DNA of 64,000 nt from Coriobacteriia bacterium (GTDB lineage: Bacteria; Actinomycetota; Coriobacteriia; WRKU01; JAENWW01). A model generated the notes under the pieces. The model made no database searches, was not told where the DNA came from, and was given only the letters and a program-made list of their open reading frames with translations. Every line of letters starts with the position of its first letter. Position 1 is the first letter of the stretch. The stretch spans positions 26,415-90,414 of the forward strand of contig JAENWW010000003.1 in the NCBI GenBank assembly GCA_016649875.1. The letters run 5' to 3'. Positions 46,561-56,613 of this stretch are shown piece after piece. The position numbers were made by a program, and so were the translations under genes.

Positions 46561-48089
46561 GCTTGTTCCTTTCTTCTGCTCATCGATAATGCCCCGACTA
46601 GTGCTGTTACTATATACGCTAGTGCGAGAAATAGGTTCATCCACGCGAGGTTGTCCCGGAATAGATGAGGGAACAAACTTTGCAAAGAGGATGAACTCGA
46701 AAAGTTCGCCTCAACGGCAAAACAGACCAGCAGCGTGCCGATGCTTGCCACCGCATTCGACTTTCGTGCGATGAAAAACCACCACGAACAGCATATGGGC
46801 AGAGCGATTGACGCTATCGCCCACTGTCCGGCGGCCCCCAAAAGCAAAGCGAGCACGAGCCCCGACAAAACCGAACCGAGCCGAGGTGCGATTCCGACCA
46901 ATGCGCCCAGTATTATACCCACAAGCAGCGGAACCGGTACTCCGTCGGATGTCGCGGCGCCCGCGCCGAGCGCGTGTGAAAGCCGATAGTATCCGAAAAG
47001 ATGGTACACGGCCGTAGCGGTTATTCCTCCCACCATGATACGCCAAATGGTGAGCCATATGGTTTTTGCGGAAACAATCGATCGGTCTACGGCGCGCTCG
47101 CGTTCGAGGCGTGTTTCCTCAAGTCGGTCTTCGTCGGTTTGGTCGTCGGTGAGCTCCTCGACGACACTTTGCAGTTCTTTTCGGCCGATGCGCTCATCTC
47201 CGAGGCGGTCGAGCAAAGCTTCGTTGAACTTCTTGATGCCGGGGTATCGGTCTTCCGCGTCGCGTGAAAGCGCTGTTGCAAAAACAGCATCGAGCACCGC
47301 ATCTCCGGTCTCCAAGAGAGCCGGTTCATCGGTTTCTTGGGCGTGAAGCATCTGCTGAAACGATGCACCGGAACCGGCGACATTCGCATAAGGGCATTCG
47401 TCGGTGCAAAGTTCGTACATGACGGCCGCAAAGGCCCACTCATCGGTTTCTTTGCTTGCTGGCTTATCTCTCAATTGTTCGAGCGGCATGTAGCCGATGG
47501 TGCCTCCGCCGGCCGAGCCGTGTCCCGTCGTGCCGGAGAGCAATGCGAGTCCGAAGTCGATGATTTTGACGCGTCCATCGTGATTGATGAGGATATTGCG
47601 CGGTTTGATGTCGAGGTGGAGGACACCGTTTTTGTGTGCATGGATGAGAGCCGAGCCGATTGATTTTGCCAGGGAGGCGATGGTGTCGTCGTTGAGCGCG
47701 CTGCTCGGAATATCGGCGAGCGTGATGCCGTCGATATACTCCATGATGAGATAGGCTCCCTCATGATTCGATACGAAGTCATAGACGGTTGCAATGTTGG
47801 GGTGGGTCAGCATCGCCGCGGTGCGTGCCTCCGCAAGGCCGAGGGAATCTTTCGAGGTGGTCTGTGCATCGGCGGGGCTCAGGGGGATTTCTTTGATGGC
47901 TACGCGACGCTTAAGCTGTTCGTCCCAAGCGGAAAAGACGGTGCCGTAGCCGCCTGAACCTAGTGTCTCAAGCGGACGATATCGGCCGAGGATGAGTTCC
48001 TCAGGCTGAAGCAAGAGGGCGTCGGCTGCGTCTCTGCGGGCGGTTTCGCGGGAAAGGGCCGTATCGGAATATTTTCTTGTGGCGACCAT
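46557..48089 (-). CDS. Ser/Thr protein kinase with multi-TM C-terminus (non-RD)
   Basis: LGSGGYGTV, VAIK, HLDIKPRN, DFG, GTIGYMPLEQ; start inferred at ATG 48089. Confidence 0.9.
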   Translation of the reverse strand: MVATRKYSDTALSRETARRDAADALLLQPEELILGRYRPLETLGSGGYGTVFSAWDEQLKRRVAIKEIPLSPADAQTTSKDSLGLAEARTAAMLTHPNIATVYDFVSNHEGAYLIMEYIDGITLADIPSSALNDDTIASLAKSIGSALIHAHKNGVLHLDIKPRNILINHDGRVKIIDFGLALLSGTTGHGSAGGGTIGYMPLEQLRDKPASKETDEWAFAAVMYELCTDECPYANVAGSGASFQQMLHAQETDEPALLETGDAVLDAVFATALSRDAEDRYPGIKKFNEALLDRLGDERIGRKELQSVVEELTDDQTDEDRLEETRLERERAVDRSIVSAKTIWLTIWRIMVGGITATAVYHLFGYYRLSHALGAGAATSDGVPVPLLVGIILGALVGIAPRLGSVLSGLVLALLLGAAGQWAIASIALPICCSWWFFIARKSNAVASIGTLLVCFAVEANFSSSSSLQSLFPHLFRDNLAWMNLFLALAYIVTALVGALSMSRRKEQA

Positions 48090-48230
48090 AGGGGTAATTC
48101 TACCTAAAAAGCGGTCATCAGACAGAAAACCCACAGCAGTGTTGGCATTTTGTTGTTTGGAATGTTACTATCAAACGGCGTTTTTTGTGGTTGTTTCAGG
48201 GTATCATTCTCTTGGCGACCATTCATATCG

Positions 48231-48316
48231 GCGGGTGTGGCGGAACGGCAGACGCGCATGGTTCAGGTCCATGTGGGGGAAACCCTGTAGGAGTTCAAAT
48301 CTCCTCACCCGCACCA
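48231..48316 (+). tRNA. tRNA-Leu (anticodon CAG)
   Basis: GCGGGTGTGGCGGAACGGCAGACGCG-CATGG-TTCAGGT-CCATG, long variable arm, GTTCAAAT, ends CCCGCACCA. Confidence 0.97.
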
Positions 48317-48412
48317 TCTCATTCAATGACTCGCCGATGGTTTTCCAATCGGGAATCGAGTTTTCAAAATTTCCGATATCACTGCCTAAACCGTTTGAGA
48401 AAGGGAAGAATC

Positions 48413-48952
48413 ATGGAACTCAAAGGTTCAATCACAGAGGCTAACCTCCAAACCGCATTCGCAGGAGAGTCGCAAGCCCGCAACAAATACACCTATTATT
48501 CAGGCCAGGCTCTCAAGGACGGGTTCGTTCAAATCTCGAAGTTCTTTGATGAGACCGCGCACAACGAGATGGCTCACGCGAAAATTTGGTTCAAGATTTT
48601 ACACGGCGGCTCAGTGCCGGCCACGAGGGTTGCGCTTGAAGACGCCGCCAAAGGTGAGCACTTCGAGTGGACGGAAATGTATCCGCGTTTTGCAAAGACG
48701 GCCCATGAAGAGGGATTCGATGCTATCGCGGTGCTTTTCGAAGAGGTTGCTAAAATTGAAAAGGAACACGAGGTTCGCTATTTGAACTTACGCGCGAATG
48801 TCGATAACGGTGAAGTATTCGCAAAACCGGAGATAGTGGTGTGGCGTTGCGAAAACTGCGGACACCTACACATCGGCAAAGAGGCGCCCGAGGAGTGCCC
48901 CGTGTGCAGTCATCCGAAGGCGCACTTCGAGCTTATTGCGAAGAACTACTAG
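48413..48952 (+). CDS. rbr: Rubrerythrin
   Basis: [44 protein letters not shown]. Confidence 0.96.
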   Translation: MELKGSITEANLQTAFAGESQARNKYTYYSGQALKDGFVQISKFFDETAHNEMAHAKIWFKILHGGSVPATRVALEDAAKGEHFEWTEMYPRFAKTAHEEGFDAIAVLFEEVAKIEKEHEVRYLNLRANVDNGEVFAKPEIVVWRCENCGHLHIGKEAPEECPVCSHPKAHFELIAKNY

Positions 48953-50453
48953 ACGAGGGCTTATATCCGATCTGCTCGGCCATACTTTTTGCATCTTGCG
49001 ATTTTTCGAGTGCGGTTTCCGCTGATATCTTTTTCTCTTTGAAGAGTTGGCGCAGGCTGTGATCGAGCGTCGCCATTCCGATGTTACCCCCGGATTGGAT
49101 GATGCTTAGCATCTGGTGAGTCTTTCCTTCACGGATCAGGTTCCCGATGGCCGGAATTCCGAGCATGATTTCTTGGGCGAGTACGCGTCCTTTTCCATCG
49201 GAGGTTTCGCAGAGGACTTGGGACAGAACACCGAGCAGGGTGCCGGAGAGTTGCATGCGAATTTGGTTTTGTTGCGCAGGAGGGAAGACATCGATTATAC
49301 GGTCGATGGTTTCAGGCCCTCCGATTGTATGAAGCGTTCCGAAGACGAGGTGGCCGGTTTCAGCAGCGGTGATCGCCGCTGAAATGGTTTCGAGGTCGCG
49401 CATCTCACCGACAAGGATGACGTCGGGGTCTTGGCGTAGCACATGTTTGAGCGCTGCGGCGAAGCTCTCAGTGTCTTCTCCGATTTCACGCTGGTTGACT
49501 AAAGCTTTTTTGTTCTGATGTATGAACTCGATGGGGTCTTCCATCGTGACGATATGAACGGCTTTCGTTTCGTTGATGTAATCGATCATCGCCGCGAGCG
49601 TCGTTGATTTTCCCGAGCCGGTAGGTCCGGTTACGAGAACGAGACCGCGGGGCTTATCGGCCAGATCCGTACATACTTGCGGTAAGCCGAGTTGTTTTAT
49701 GGTGGGAATGCCGAAGGGGATGGTACGTAAAACGGCGCCCATCGCTCCGCGTTGCCTGAACACGTTGACGCGGAATCGTGATTTCCCGGGAAGCGAATAA
49801 GAAAGATCCGATTCGAACGTTTCCTCATACTCTCGAAGACGTTTTTCGGGGATGATGGGGACGATTACCTTGACGGTATCGTCGCCGTAAAATTTCGGAT
49901 GGCCTTCGAGTTCGAACAGGCGGCCGTTCACGCGGACACGGGGGGCCGACCCGTTGCTGATATGCAAGTCGGATGCGCCCATTTCAAGCATGGTGATTAA
50001 AAGCTCATCCATAGAGGGCAGGCGTTCTCCGCTGCGCGAGAGTCCGGGCGACTCGAGCATGACATGGTCGGCCTTTGGTTTGCTTGCAGTCAAAGTATAC
50101 CCGTTGGTCAGCCAAGAGATGAACTCCGAAGCTTCCGCCGATTCGCACCAGAGGGCGTGAGAGTTCTTTGCGAGACTCGCGCCGTTTGCATGTCCTTGCG
50201 TGGCGAAAAAAATGACTTTGGCATCGTGGGCGGTTGCAGCGTTGCAAATGTCGTCAAGAAAAGAATCCGCGTCGAGCATCGAGAGATCCACGGCGACATG
50301 GTCCGGCTTCAACATGCTGATGGCCCCTGGTGCACGCGTGGGCGCCGGCACCTGGAATACTTCGGAGTCCGGAGCGGCTTTTACGAGGTCGTTTTGGAGG
50401 GTACTTTGAAATTTTTGGTTGTCAGAGACGACCAAAAGACGAAATTCAGGCAT
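48933..50453 (-). CDS. pilT: Type IV pilus retraction ATPase PilT with an N-terminal receiver-like domain
   Basis: [59 protein letters not shown]; about 145 aa N-terminal extension. Confidence 0.92.
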   Translation of the reverse strand: MPEFRLLVVSDNQKFQSTLQNDLVKAAPDSEVFQVPAPTRAPGAISMLKPDHVAVDLSMLDADSFLDDICNAATAHDAKVIFFATQGHANGASLAKNSHALWCESAEASEFISWLTNGYTLTASKPKADHVMLESPGLSRSGERLPSMDELLITMLEMGASDLHISNGSAPRVRVNGRLFELEGHPKFYGDDTVKVIVPIIPEKRLREYEETFESDLSYSLPGKSRFRVNVFRQRGAMGAVLRTIPFGIPTIKQLGLPQVCTDLADKPRGLVLVTGPTGSGKSTTLAAMIDYINETKAVHIVTMEDPIEFIHQNKKALVNQREIGEDTESFAAALKHVLRQDPDVILVGEMRDLETISAAITAAETGHLVFGTLHTIGGPETIDRIIDVFPPAQQNQIRMQLSGTLLGVLSQVLCETSDGKGRVLAQEIMLGIPAIGNLIREGKTHQMLSIIQSGGNIGMATLDHSLRQLFKEKKISAETALEKSQDAKSMAEQIGYKPSSSSSSQ

Positions 50454-50486
50454 TATTTCTCCGATTATTCAGTAGGACTTCTCTCG

Positions 50487-51326
50487 TTATTTCGAGCCGT
50501 CGTTGATTTTCAGGGTGCGGGTTAAGGTGCCGTCGGTGACGGTTGCCGAGGCGGCGCCGATCGATTTGACGGACCACGTCGTTTTACCGATGGTTTCGCC
50601 GACTTTCGCCTCATATGTTGTTCCGCCGACCACGAATACGGCGACTTTTTTGCCGTTGCTCGTGCCGACGCCTTCAAGCGGTGGCGGTCCATACGAAGAA
50701 GTCGAGTCGTTCGCTCCCGCAACCGAGGTCGCTCCCGTGGGCTTGGCGGTTTGAGGTGGCGTCACGGTAACTCCGTTGGCCGCATGTTCGTCGATATCGA
50801 GTGCATCCTCGATAGTCACGATGTAGTTCTTATTGATTGCGCTCGAGCTGTCCCCAACGCGCGGACCTTTGACCGGCTCCATGATGTTTCGGCCCGAACG
50901 ATAGTAATCCCAATTTTCGAGATCTTGACCGAGCGCGTCACTCTGAGAAGCGGAAGTGTCGGTTTCATCTTGTAGGGAACTTGCCGTTTTCGTGCTCTCC
51001 GTGCTCGTGGTTTCCACCGATGTCTTGGTACCCGGAGCGGGGATGACCGTGACGTTGTCATTTTGTGCGGTAACCGCATGCTGTGCACGATATAAAACGA
51101 CACCTGCGGGAATAATGAGCGCCAGCAGGCAAACCACACCGAAAACCGCCCAAATCACTGCGCGCTTGGTGCCGTCGGGGCTCTTTTCGCCTTCGTCGTT
51201 TTCGACAAGTTCATTTTCCGGCGGTGCCGGCGTAGTATCTTTGTCGGATTCGATGTCAGGAACCGTATTCGTTCCATCGTCGGTCGACGGTGCTGATTCC
51301 TCGATGAGATCATGTTCATTGGTCAT
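50487..51326 (-). CDS. Bitopic membrane protein, PilP/GspC-HR-like C-terminal beta domain (hypothetical)
   Basis: Start ATG 51326 after GGAGG; acidic N-terminus, one TM, Thr/Ser linker, LEGVGTSNGKKVAVFVVGGTTYEAKVGETIG...VKSIG; directly after pilO. Confidence 0.6.
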   Translation of the reverse strand: MTNEHDLIEESAPSTDDGTNTVPDIESDKDTTPAPPENELVENDEGEKSPDGTKRAVIWAVFGVVCLLALIIPAGVVLYRAQHAVTAQNDNVTVIPAPGTKTSVETTSTESTKTASSLQDETDTSASQSDALGQDLENWDYYRSGRNIMEPVKGPRVGDSSSAINKNYIVTIEDALDIDEHAANGVTVTPPQTAKPTGATSVAGANDSTSSYGPPPLEGVGTSNGKKVAVFVVGGTTYEAKVGETIGKTTWSVKSIGAASATVTDGTLTRTLKINDGSK

Positions 51327-51328
51327 GG

Positions 51329-52000
51329 CTACTTGGCACCTCCTTGAGTCGTTGCGGCACTCGTCGATGCCGCGGCGGTGGATGCGCTCGCCGCTGATAA
51401 GACGGATGATTGGGGGATATAGTAAATTTGCACTTTGATGATGGTTTTCACCGGGTATGCTTCCGGGTCCCAGTGTTTCGCAACCCTGTTGGGGACGGCG
51501 CTTCCACCTCGGATACCGGTTAATCGAGTGAAAGCGACATTGGTGACGCGCACTTGGCGATTCATATCGCGAAGGTCGCGCAAGAAAGACAGGGTATCGA
51601 GCCAGCCACCTTCGAGAGAAATCTCCGTATCCCATGAGAGGTACTTCATGCCCACGGTCGTAACCGGATCGGTGTTCGTGATGTTTACCATCCAGTGGTT
51701 GTTTTCATAGGCTATGTTCTGTATTTGGCGCAAAACATCCGAAAGCTGGGCGCTCTCCGGTATCTCGGCCTTTTGGTTGGCGGTATCGATTGCGAGCTGG
51801 CCGCTCTCTTTTGCGAGCTGTGTCCTTTTGGCAAGCAAAGTCCGTGCGGCCAAGAGGTCTGCCTGGGCGTTGAGTTTTTCTTGCTTGAGGACTGTAGATT
51901 TTTTATATTGAGGGTAGAGGGTGCCCGCGACGACGCCGAGAACGATCAAAAAACAACCTGCGAGAACCAGTGCCACTTTGATACGAGGAGAAAGTTTCAT
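51329..52000 (-). CDS. pilO: Type IV pilus assembly protein PilO
   Basis: TM, coiled coil, EIPESAQLSDVLRQI, LEGGWLDTLSFLRDLRDMNRQV; follows pilN. Confidence 0.8.
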   Translation of the reverse strand: MKLSPRIKVALVLAGCFLIVLGVVAGTLYPQYKKSTVLKQEKLNAQADLLAARTLLAKRTQLAKESGQLAIDTANQKAEIPESAQLSDVLRQIQNIAYENNHWMVNITNTDPVTTVGMKYLSWDTEISLEGGWLDTLSFLRDLRDMNRQVRVTNVAFTRLTGIRGGSAVPNRVAKHWDPEAYPVKTIIKVQIYYIPQSSVLSAASASTAAASTSAATTQGGAK

Positions 52001-52710
52001 TATCTCGTAGCCCCCCCAGTGGCCGTTGCGGCCTTATCCGTCCAAAGGTGCGTGTCCCCGCCGGTGTCGATCGTTAATTTCAGGTCGCCGGTGATGCTGA
52101 ACTGGTCGACGACATCGGGGAAGTTGTCTTGTATGGCCGCCGAATAAAGAGAATCGGAACCCTCGTAGTTGTTGTACGCATCAGTCATCGCACCTTTACT
52201 CAGCCAAAGATTGTGTACTATCGGTGCTTCTCCGAGCGAATCCATCGCGTTGGCGACGCCCTTCCAATCCTTATCGGTCGGGTTGCCACCGGTATCTTCC
52301 ACGACACCGTTGAGGGACATGCCCATTAGGGCGTCGAACGACATATTCTCGATTGAAACGGTCGAAGGCAAGTATTTGGTTACGGCCAATCCGCACAAAT
52401 AGGGATCCATGCGCTGGGCGAGTGCTTGATTGACTATTGTTTCACGCGCGGTGAAGGTTTTCTTCGCGTCTTCATATTTTTTGAGTTTTGCGGCCTGGGC
52501 TTTCGTGTCCGTGGTCTCACTTTTCGTCGCATTGAGTTCATCGGTGCGCGAAGAAAGATTGATGGCGAAGCCGATAAAAAACAGTCCGATGAGTAAGAGA
52601 CAAATCAGCCCGATGATTGCAATCCACGGATACCAAAGCTCGAATCTACGTTGATCGAGGATTGCTTGGGGAAGAAGGTTGATTTTTTGGTTGTTCTTGA
52701 CAGCCATCAT
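52000..52710 (-). CDS. pilN: Type IV pilus assembly protein PilN
   Basis: INLLP motif, TM, coiled coil. Confidence 0.85.
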   Translation of the reverse strand: MMAVKNNQKINLLPQAILDQRRFELWYPWIAIIGLICLLLIGLFFIGFAINLSSRTDELNATKSETTDTKAQAAKLKKYEDAKKTFTARETIVNQALAQRMDPYLCGLAVTKYLPSTVSIENMSFDALMGMSLNGVVEDTGGNPTDKDWKGVANAMDSLGEAPIVHNLWLSKGAMTDAYNNYEGSDSLYSAAIQDNFPDVVDQFSITGDLKLTIDTGGDTHLWTDKAATATGGATR

Positions 52711-53870
52711 CTGCCTCCGATCGCAAGACCGATTGCAGGAGCGTAGCTGTATCGTTCGGTCCCGAGATAGCGCTGCTGCGTGTCGGATACACTGATGGAA
52801 GCGAACGGATCGGCGATTTGAATATCCGCCTTCAGCGAAGCTTCGAGATAAGCGGGCAAGTTGATAAGGCGCATGCCGGAACCCGTCGCGAATATTTTCG
52901 TGATTTCGGCGCCGCTTGCGCTGTTCGATATATAGAATTCGAGCGAAAGTCTGAGCTCGTTTATATAACGGCTCACCTCGCGTTCGAGAACACTCTGGGC
53001 TTTGAACACCAGTTCGGCGTCGTAATCCATGAGCGCGGGAACGCTGCCGTCGAGAGCGGGGAGACCTAAGTCTCGTTTGATCTTTTCCGCCTCATCAAGG
53101 GGAATATCCAACTCGCGCGCAAGCATGGTGGTGAACATATCGCCGCCTGTGGGGAGGAACCTGATGAAGCGAGGCACTCCCGCCTCGACAATTGCCAAAT
53201 TGGTGGTTCCGGAAGCGATATGCAAGACGGCGACGGTCTCGGTCTCTCCGAAAAAGCCATCATAGTTGATGGGTGCTTCATTGTCGCCGAGCACCGATCG
53301 CACGAGCGCAAGCGGGGTGAGGTCGATTCTCGCGAGTTTGAGACCGGCATCCTGTATCGAAGACACCACTTTATCGATGATGTTCCGTTCGACCGCCGAG
53401 AGCATGAGTTCGTAGACGCGCTCGCCTTTATCATTGACCTTTTCGCCGGTGATGGCGAAATCGATGATGGCATCTTCAACGGGAATGGGGATGAATTCTT
53501 GTGCTTGGAGAAGGACGGCCTCCCGTAGATCTTTTTCTTCCGTCCACGGGAAGTCGATCATTCTGAAGATGATTTGCTGATTGGCGACACCGGTCGCAAC
53601 GACTTTTCCGGTGAACTTGCGCTCACGCCAAAATGTCTTCAACGCCTCGGTGATGGCTGCGGTATCGATGATTTCGCCCTCATCGGTCGCATCTTTGGGG
53701 ATTGAAATCGATCCGAAATCGTGAAGCACGAGTTCGCCGTTGTGGCGCTTCAACTGAGCGGCACGTATTTGGTTGTGCCCTATGTCCAGCCCCACCGGAA
53801 GCTCTTGGCCTGAAAATGATATTCGACCTGCCACTTTAGCCCTCGCGTCTTTATGTGTCGATGTCTGCAT
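52707..53870 (-). CDS. pilM: Type IV pilus assembly protein PilM
   Basis: VGLDIG actin-like fold, FIPIP, EAEKIK, TGSG, APAIGLAIGG. Confidence 0.92.
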   Translation of the reverse strand: MQTSTHKDARAKVAGRISFSGQELPVGLDIGHNQIRAAQLKRHNGELVLHDFGSISIPKDATDEGEIIDTAAITEALKTFWRERKFTGKVVATGVANQQIIFRMIDFPWTEEKDLREAVLLQAQEFIPIPVEDAIIDFAITGEKVNDKGERVYELMLSAVERNIIDKVVSSIQDAGLKLARIDLTPLALVRSVLGDNEAPINYDGFFGETETVAVLHIASGTTNLAIVEAGVPRFIRFLPTGGDMFTTMLARELDIPLDEAEKIKRDLGLPALDGSVPALMDYDAELVFKAQSVLEREVSRYINELRLSLEFYISNSASGAEITKIFATGSGMRLINLPAYLEASLKADIQIADPFASISVSDTQQRYLGTERYSYAPAIGLAIGGR

Positions 53871-53996
53871 GTATCGGTTTTATCGTGCTGCAATAAAATG
53901 CACCACCAATACTAGTTTATTTGTTCGACTTCGACGCGCCTTGCAGAATTACGTCACTGAGCGTTAGCGGTTTTGTTGCTTTCCCGTCATTTAATC

Positions 53997-55376
53997 TCAA
54001 TTTCCCCGTGTCCAATTTTCGCGTGCGAGAACACGACCGAAGAGTTCTTTCACAGGACCGGTGCCAGGACCGGTTGCATCTCCACTTACAGGACCGGGTA
54101 GAAAGCCCCCGAGAGTGCCCTGCGTTGCGAGAATGATTTTTACACCCGTCACAATCGAGCTGTCGGCGATTATCGAACCGCGCAATGAGCTTCCGAAAGT
54201 AACCGATTTGCTGGTGAACATCGCTCCGCAAAAGCCAAAGTTCGCGGAACTTCCGTTGGAGTTACCGGCGCTATATGTCGAGAGGATCGGCCCGCTGGAT
54301 ATGAGTGTCGCGCAGTAGCCTTCACTCACTTGAGGCAAAGACACCCCACCGTCTTTATCTCGGTAGGTGGTATCTACGCCAGCAAGGTCTGTGCGGGTTT
54401 CGCCTGAATTTGTGAAATTCGCGGGGATGAGTCGTCCGTTGAAGGTGATGCCGTTCGTCGCATAAATCGTGAATACACCTTTGTAACCGGTGACAGGCGC
54501 CTCTTTTGTGCCTACTGTGGCTGTCCCATTGACGTAAATCGTTCCGCTCGCATTCAATGTTCCGGAGGCGTCGAGGGAAAGTATCGTGTCGCCTTCGTAG
54601 TATTGTGATGTCCCTGCCTCCCATTTGAGAGAGTCCACAAGTGAGGGTGTAATGCTCGGCGTGGTCATTTTTGGGCCGAGCGGGGATACGATCACATCGG
54701 TCGGGAGACCGCTCGTAGCGTTATCGGTGTGAACCTCGTAGTGCAAGACCTTGGTTGTATGGACCCAAAGAGCTCCGCCTCCCGAAAGCGTCCCGTTTTC
54801 GATGGAGAGCGGACCGTCGATGAACGTCATATTCGCGTTCGGGCTTATGTCTTCGCCATTGACTTTAAGATAAAGCGGACCGATTATCATGGAGTCCGAC
54901 GTGTTGAAGTATTTACCGTTGAGCATGGTGCCGCCGCCGCCTCCCGAATATACGCTGTTGGCCAGGTCGATACTGACCTCTTCGACTGAAACGCTTTCCT
55001 TTTTCCCGTCCAGAGTAGTGGCGGTGCATTTCAAAACGATTCCATGTCTGCCGGGATAACTACGGAAGGTGTACCCTTCATTCGTCCCGGGGAGTGTCCT
55101 CTCGGGCGAGACGGTCCCGTCGGCTGAGACGGTCTCGCCGGACAAGGCGGAGGGCGCTCCACTTTTTTCAAAAAGGGTTGCTTCATATTCAAGTGCCGAG
55201 GCGGCCACCTGATAAGCTCTGTTCGAGAAAGATTCCGTTCCGGCTTGGTCAATCGACCGCTGGGCGAGAGCGTAGCTCGTCATGGCGATTATAGTGACGA
55301 GAACGATTGCGCCGAGTGCGAAAGCCACTGCGTAGCCTTTGTCATCGTTATGCAGTTTCATGAAAGGTCGCCTCAT
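53997..55376 (-). CDS. Large PilX/GspK-like minor pilin
   Basis: DDKG|YAVAF class III signal lacking E5, RAYQVAASALE, large beta-rich C-domain; start 55376 or 55361. Confidence 0.7.
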   Translation of the reverse strand: MRRPFMKLHNDDKGYAVAFALGAIVLVTIIAMTSYALAQRSIDQAGTESFSNRAYQVAASALEYEATLFEKSGAPSALSGETVSADGTVSPERTLPGTNEGYTFRSYPGRHGIVLKCTATTLDGKKESVSVEEVSIDLANSVYSGGGGGTMLNGKYFNTSDSMIIGPLYLKVNGEDISPNANMTFIDGPLSIENGTLSGGGALWVHTTKVLHYEVHTDNATSGLPTDVIVSPLGPKMTTPSITPSLVDSLKWEAGTSQYYEGDTILSLDASGTLNASGTIYVNGTATVGTKEAPVTGYKGVFTIYATNGITFNGRLIPANFTNSGETRTDLAGVDTTYRDKDGGVSLPQVSEGYCATLISSGPILSTYSAGNSNGSSANFGFCGAMFTSKSVTFGSSLRGSIIADSSIVTGVKIILATQGTLGGFLPGPVSGDATGPGTGPVKELFGRVLARENWTRGN

Positions 55377-55378
55377 GT

Positions 55379-56014
55379 CTATTGGTCCCGGTTCCTGAAC
55401 CATACGGTACGAGATGAACGTACCAAGTGGTCGGATGAGTCTTTGGCTACGATGGTGATTTTTGCCGAAGTCGCGTTCGTCGATTCGGTGCTGGTAACTG
55501 TTGCCTCGTGGCTGTAGAAGAGTTCCAAGAGCGGAGTGCTGCTGGAGACGTTGGCGTTTATTGTGCTGAGGGTGAATGTGGTGGCGGTATCGCTGGAATC
55601 CACCGGCGGCGTGCGTAGTGCGGTGAATGTTCCGTCCTGATTTGCAGTGAAAGTGATTTTATAAGAAGTGATGTGATAAGGGATGCCGATTTGTGCGGGG
55701 ACTTCAACGGGGACTTCAACTGTGTACGAGTAGCCGTCGGGCGATTTCGTCAGTGATAAATTCTGCGACAAGAAGCGATCCTCGATATCCAATAGGGTAC
55801 TGACATCGCCCGACATCACATTGTTTCGGGCGGAAACTTGTTCGCCGACCTGAGCGAATGAAATCGTTTGATATACCAGCGTAATGACAAAAATCATGAA
55901 AATCGAGGTGACCAGAAGCTCGACCAGAGTGAAGCCGTCCTCTGCCGAAGACTGCTCGGCCATCGGTCCGGTTGAACTGCTCGAAGTTGGTGTATGTGAA
56001 GAAGAAAGTATCAT
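55379..56014 (-). CDS. PilW-like minor pilin
   Basis: G|FTLVELLV N-methylation motif; C-terminal TVWFRN. Confidence 0.8.
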   Translation of the reverse strand: MILSSSHTPTSSSSTGPMAEQSSAEDGFTLVELLVTSIFMIFVITLVYQTISFAQVGEQVSARNNVMSGDVSTLLDIEDRFLSQNLSLTKSPDGYSYTVEVPVEVPAQIGIPYHITSYKITFTANQDGTFTALRTPPVDSSDTATTFTLSTINANVSSSTPLLELFYSHEATVTSTESTNATSAKITIVAKDSSDHLVRSSRTVWFRNRDQ

Positions 56015-56044
56015 GATTATTCTCTAAAGGTTCCCTGGGTCGTT

Positions 56045-56590
56045 TTATGGTTTTGGCAAAACCACTTGGATTGTATGGATCTGGGGGCCAGACGTTGGGT
56101 TTGACGTTGGATCTGGGGGGGGAAAACGTGTGGAGTAGCCGCCAATTGTGATGGTCTTTATGCTCGTACCGCTCACTGGGATTGTCGTCGCCTCCACGCT
56201 CATGACGACTGAGGCATTGGATGGGACCGGGCCGTCGCATGGCTCAACTGAGACATTGTGTGGGATATCCGTGCTGACGATTGAGATATATTTCGTATGA
56301 GTCACGCCGGCAGATTCGTAGGATGTTATCGCAGGATTGCGCAACATGTCGGCCAAGTCGGCCATGGAATCCGTGACCCGAGAGAGTTCCTGCGCGCGCA
56401 CCGACGTCATGGTATTTACTTCTATGAGACCGATGAGCCCGGTGATTGCAATACTGAGAATCGCGAGAGCGACAAGTATTTCGACAAACGTGAAACCGGC
56501 ATCGGTGGCAGGAGCTTTCCTGTCGCGAGTGCTGGTTATCATAACGCCATCGGTGTTCACGGCTCGGCACTCCTTCGATTCGGTGCCCAT
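56045..56590 (-). CDS. PilV-like minor pilin
   Basis: G|FTFVEILVALAILSIAI. Confidence 0.8.
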   Translation of the reverse strand: MGTESKECRAVNTDGVMITSTRDRKAPATDAGFTFVEILVALAILSIAITGLIGLIEVNTMTSVRAQELSRVTDSMADLADMLRNPAITSYESAGVTHTKYISIVSTDIPHNVSVEPCDGPVPSNASVVMSVEATTIPVSGTSIKTITIGGYSTRFPPPDPTSNPTSGPQIHTIQVVLPKP

Positions 56591-56613
56591 GGTGGCATTT
56601 CCCTAAACGTGCG

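Noticed and set aside
39230..48420. Genomic island bounded by tRNA-Arg and tRNA-Leu
   Set aside because: The content is the core actinobacterial kinase cluster, with no integrase or att direct repeats.
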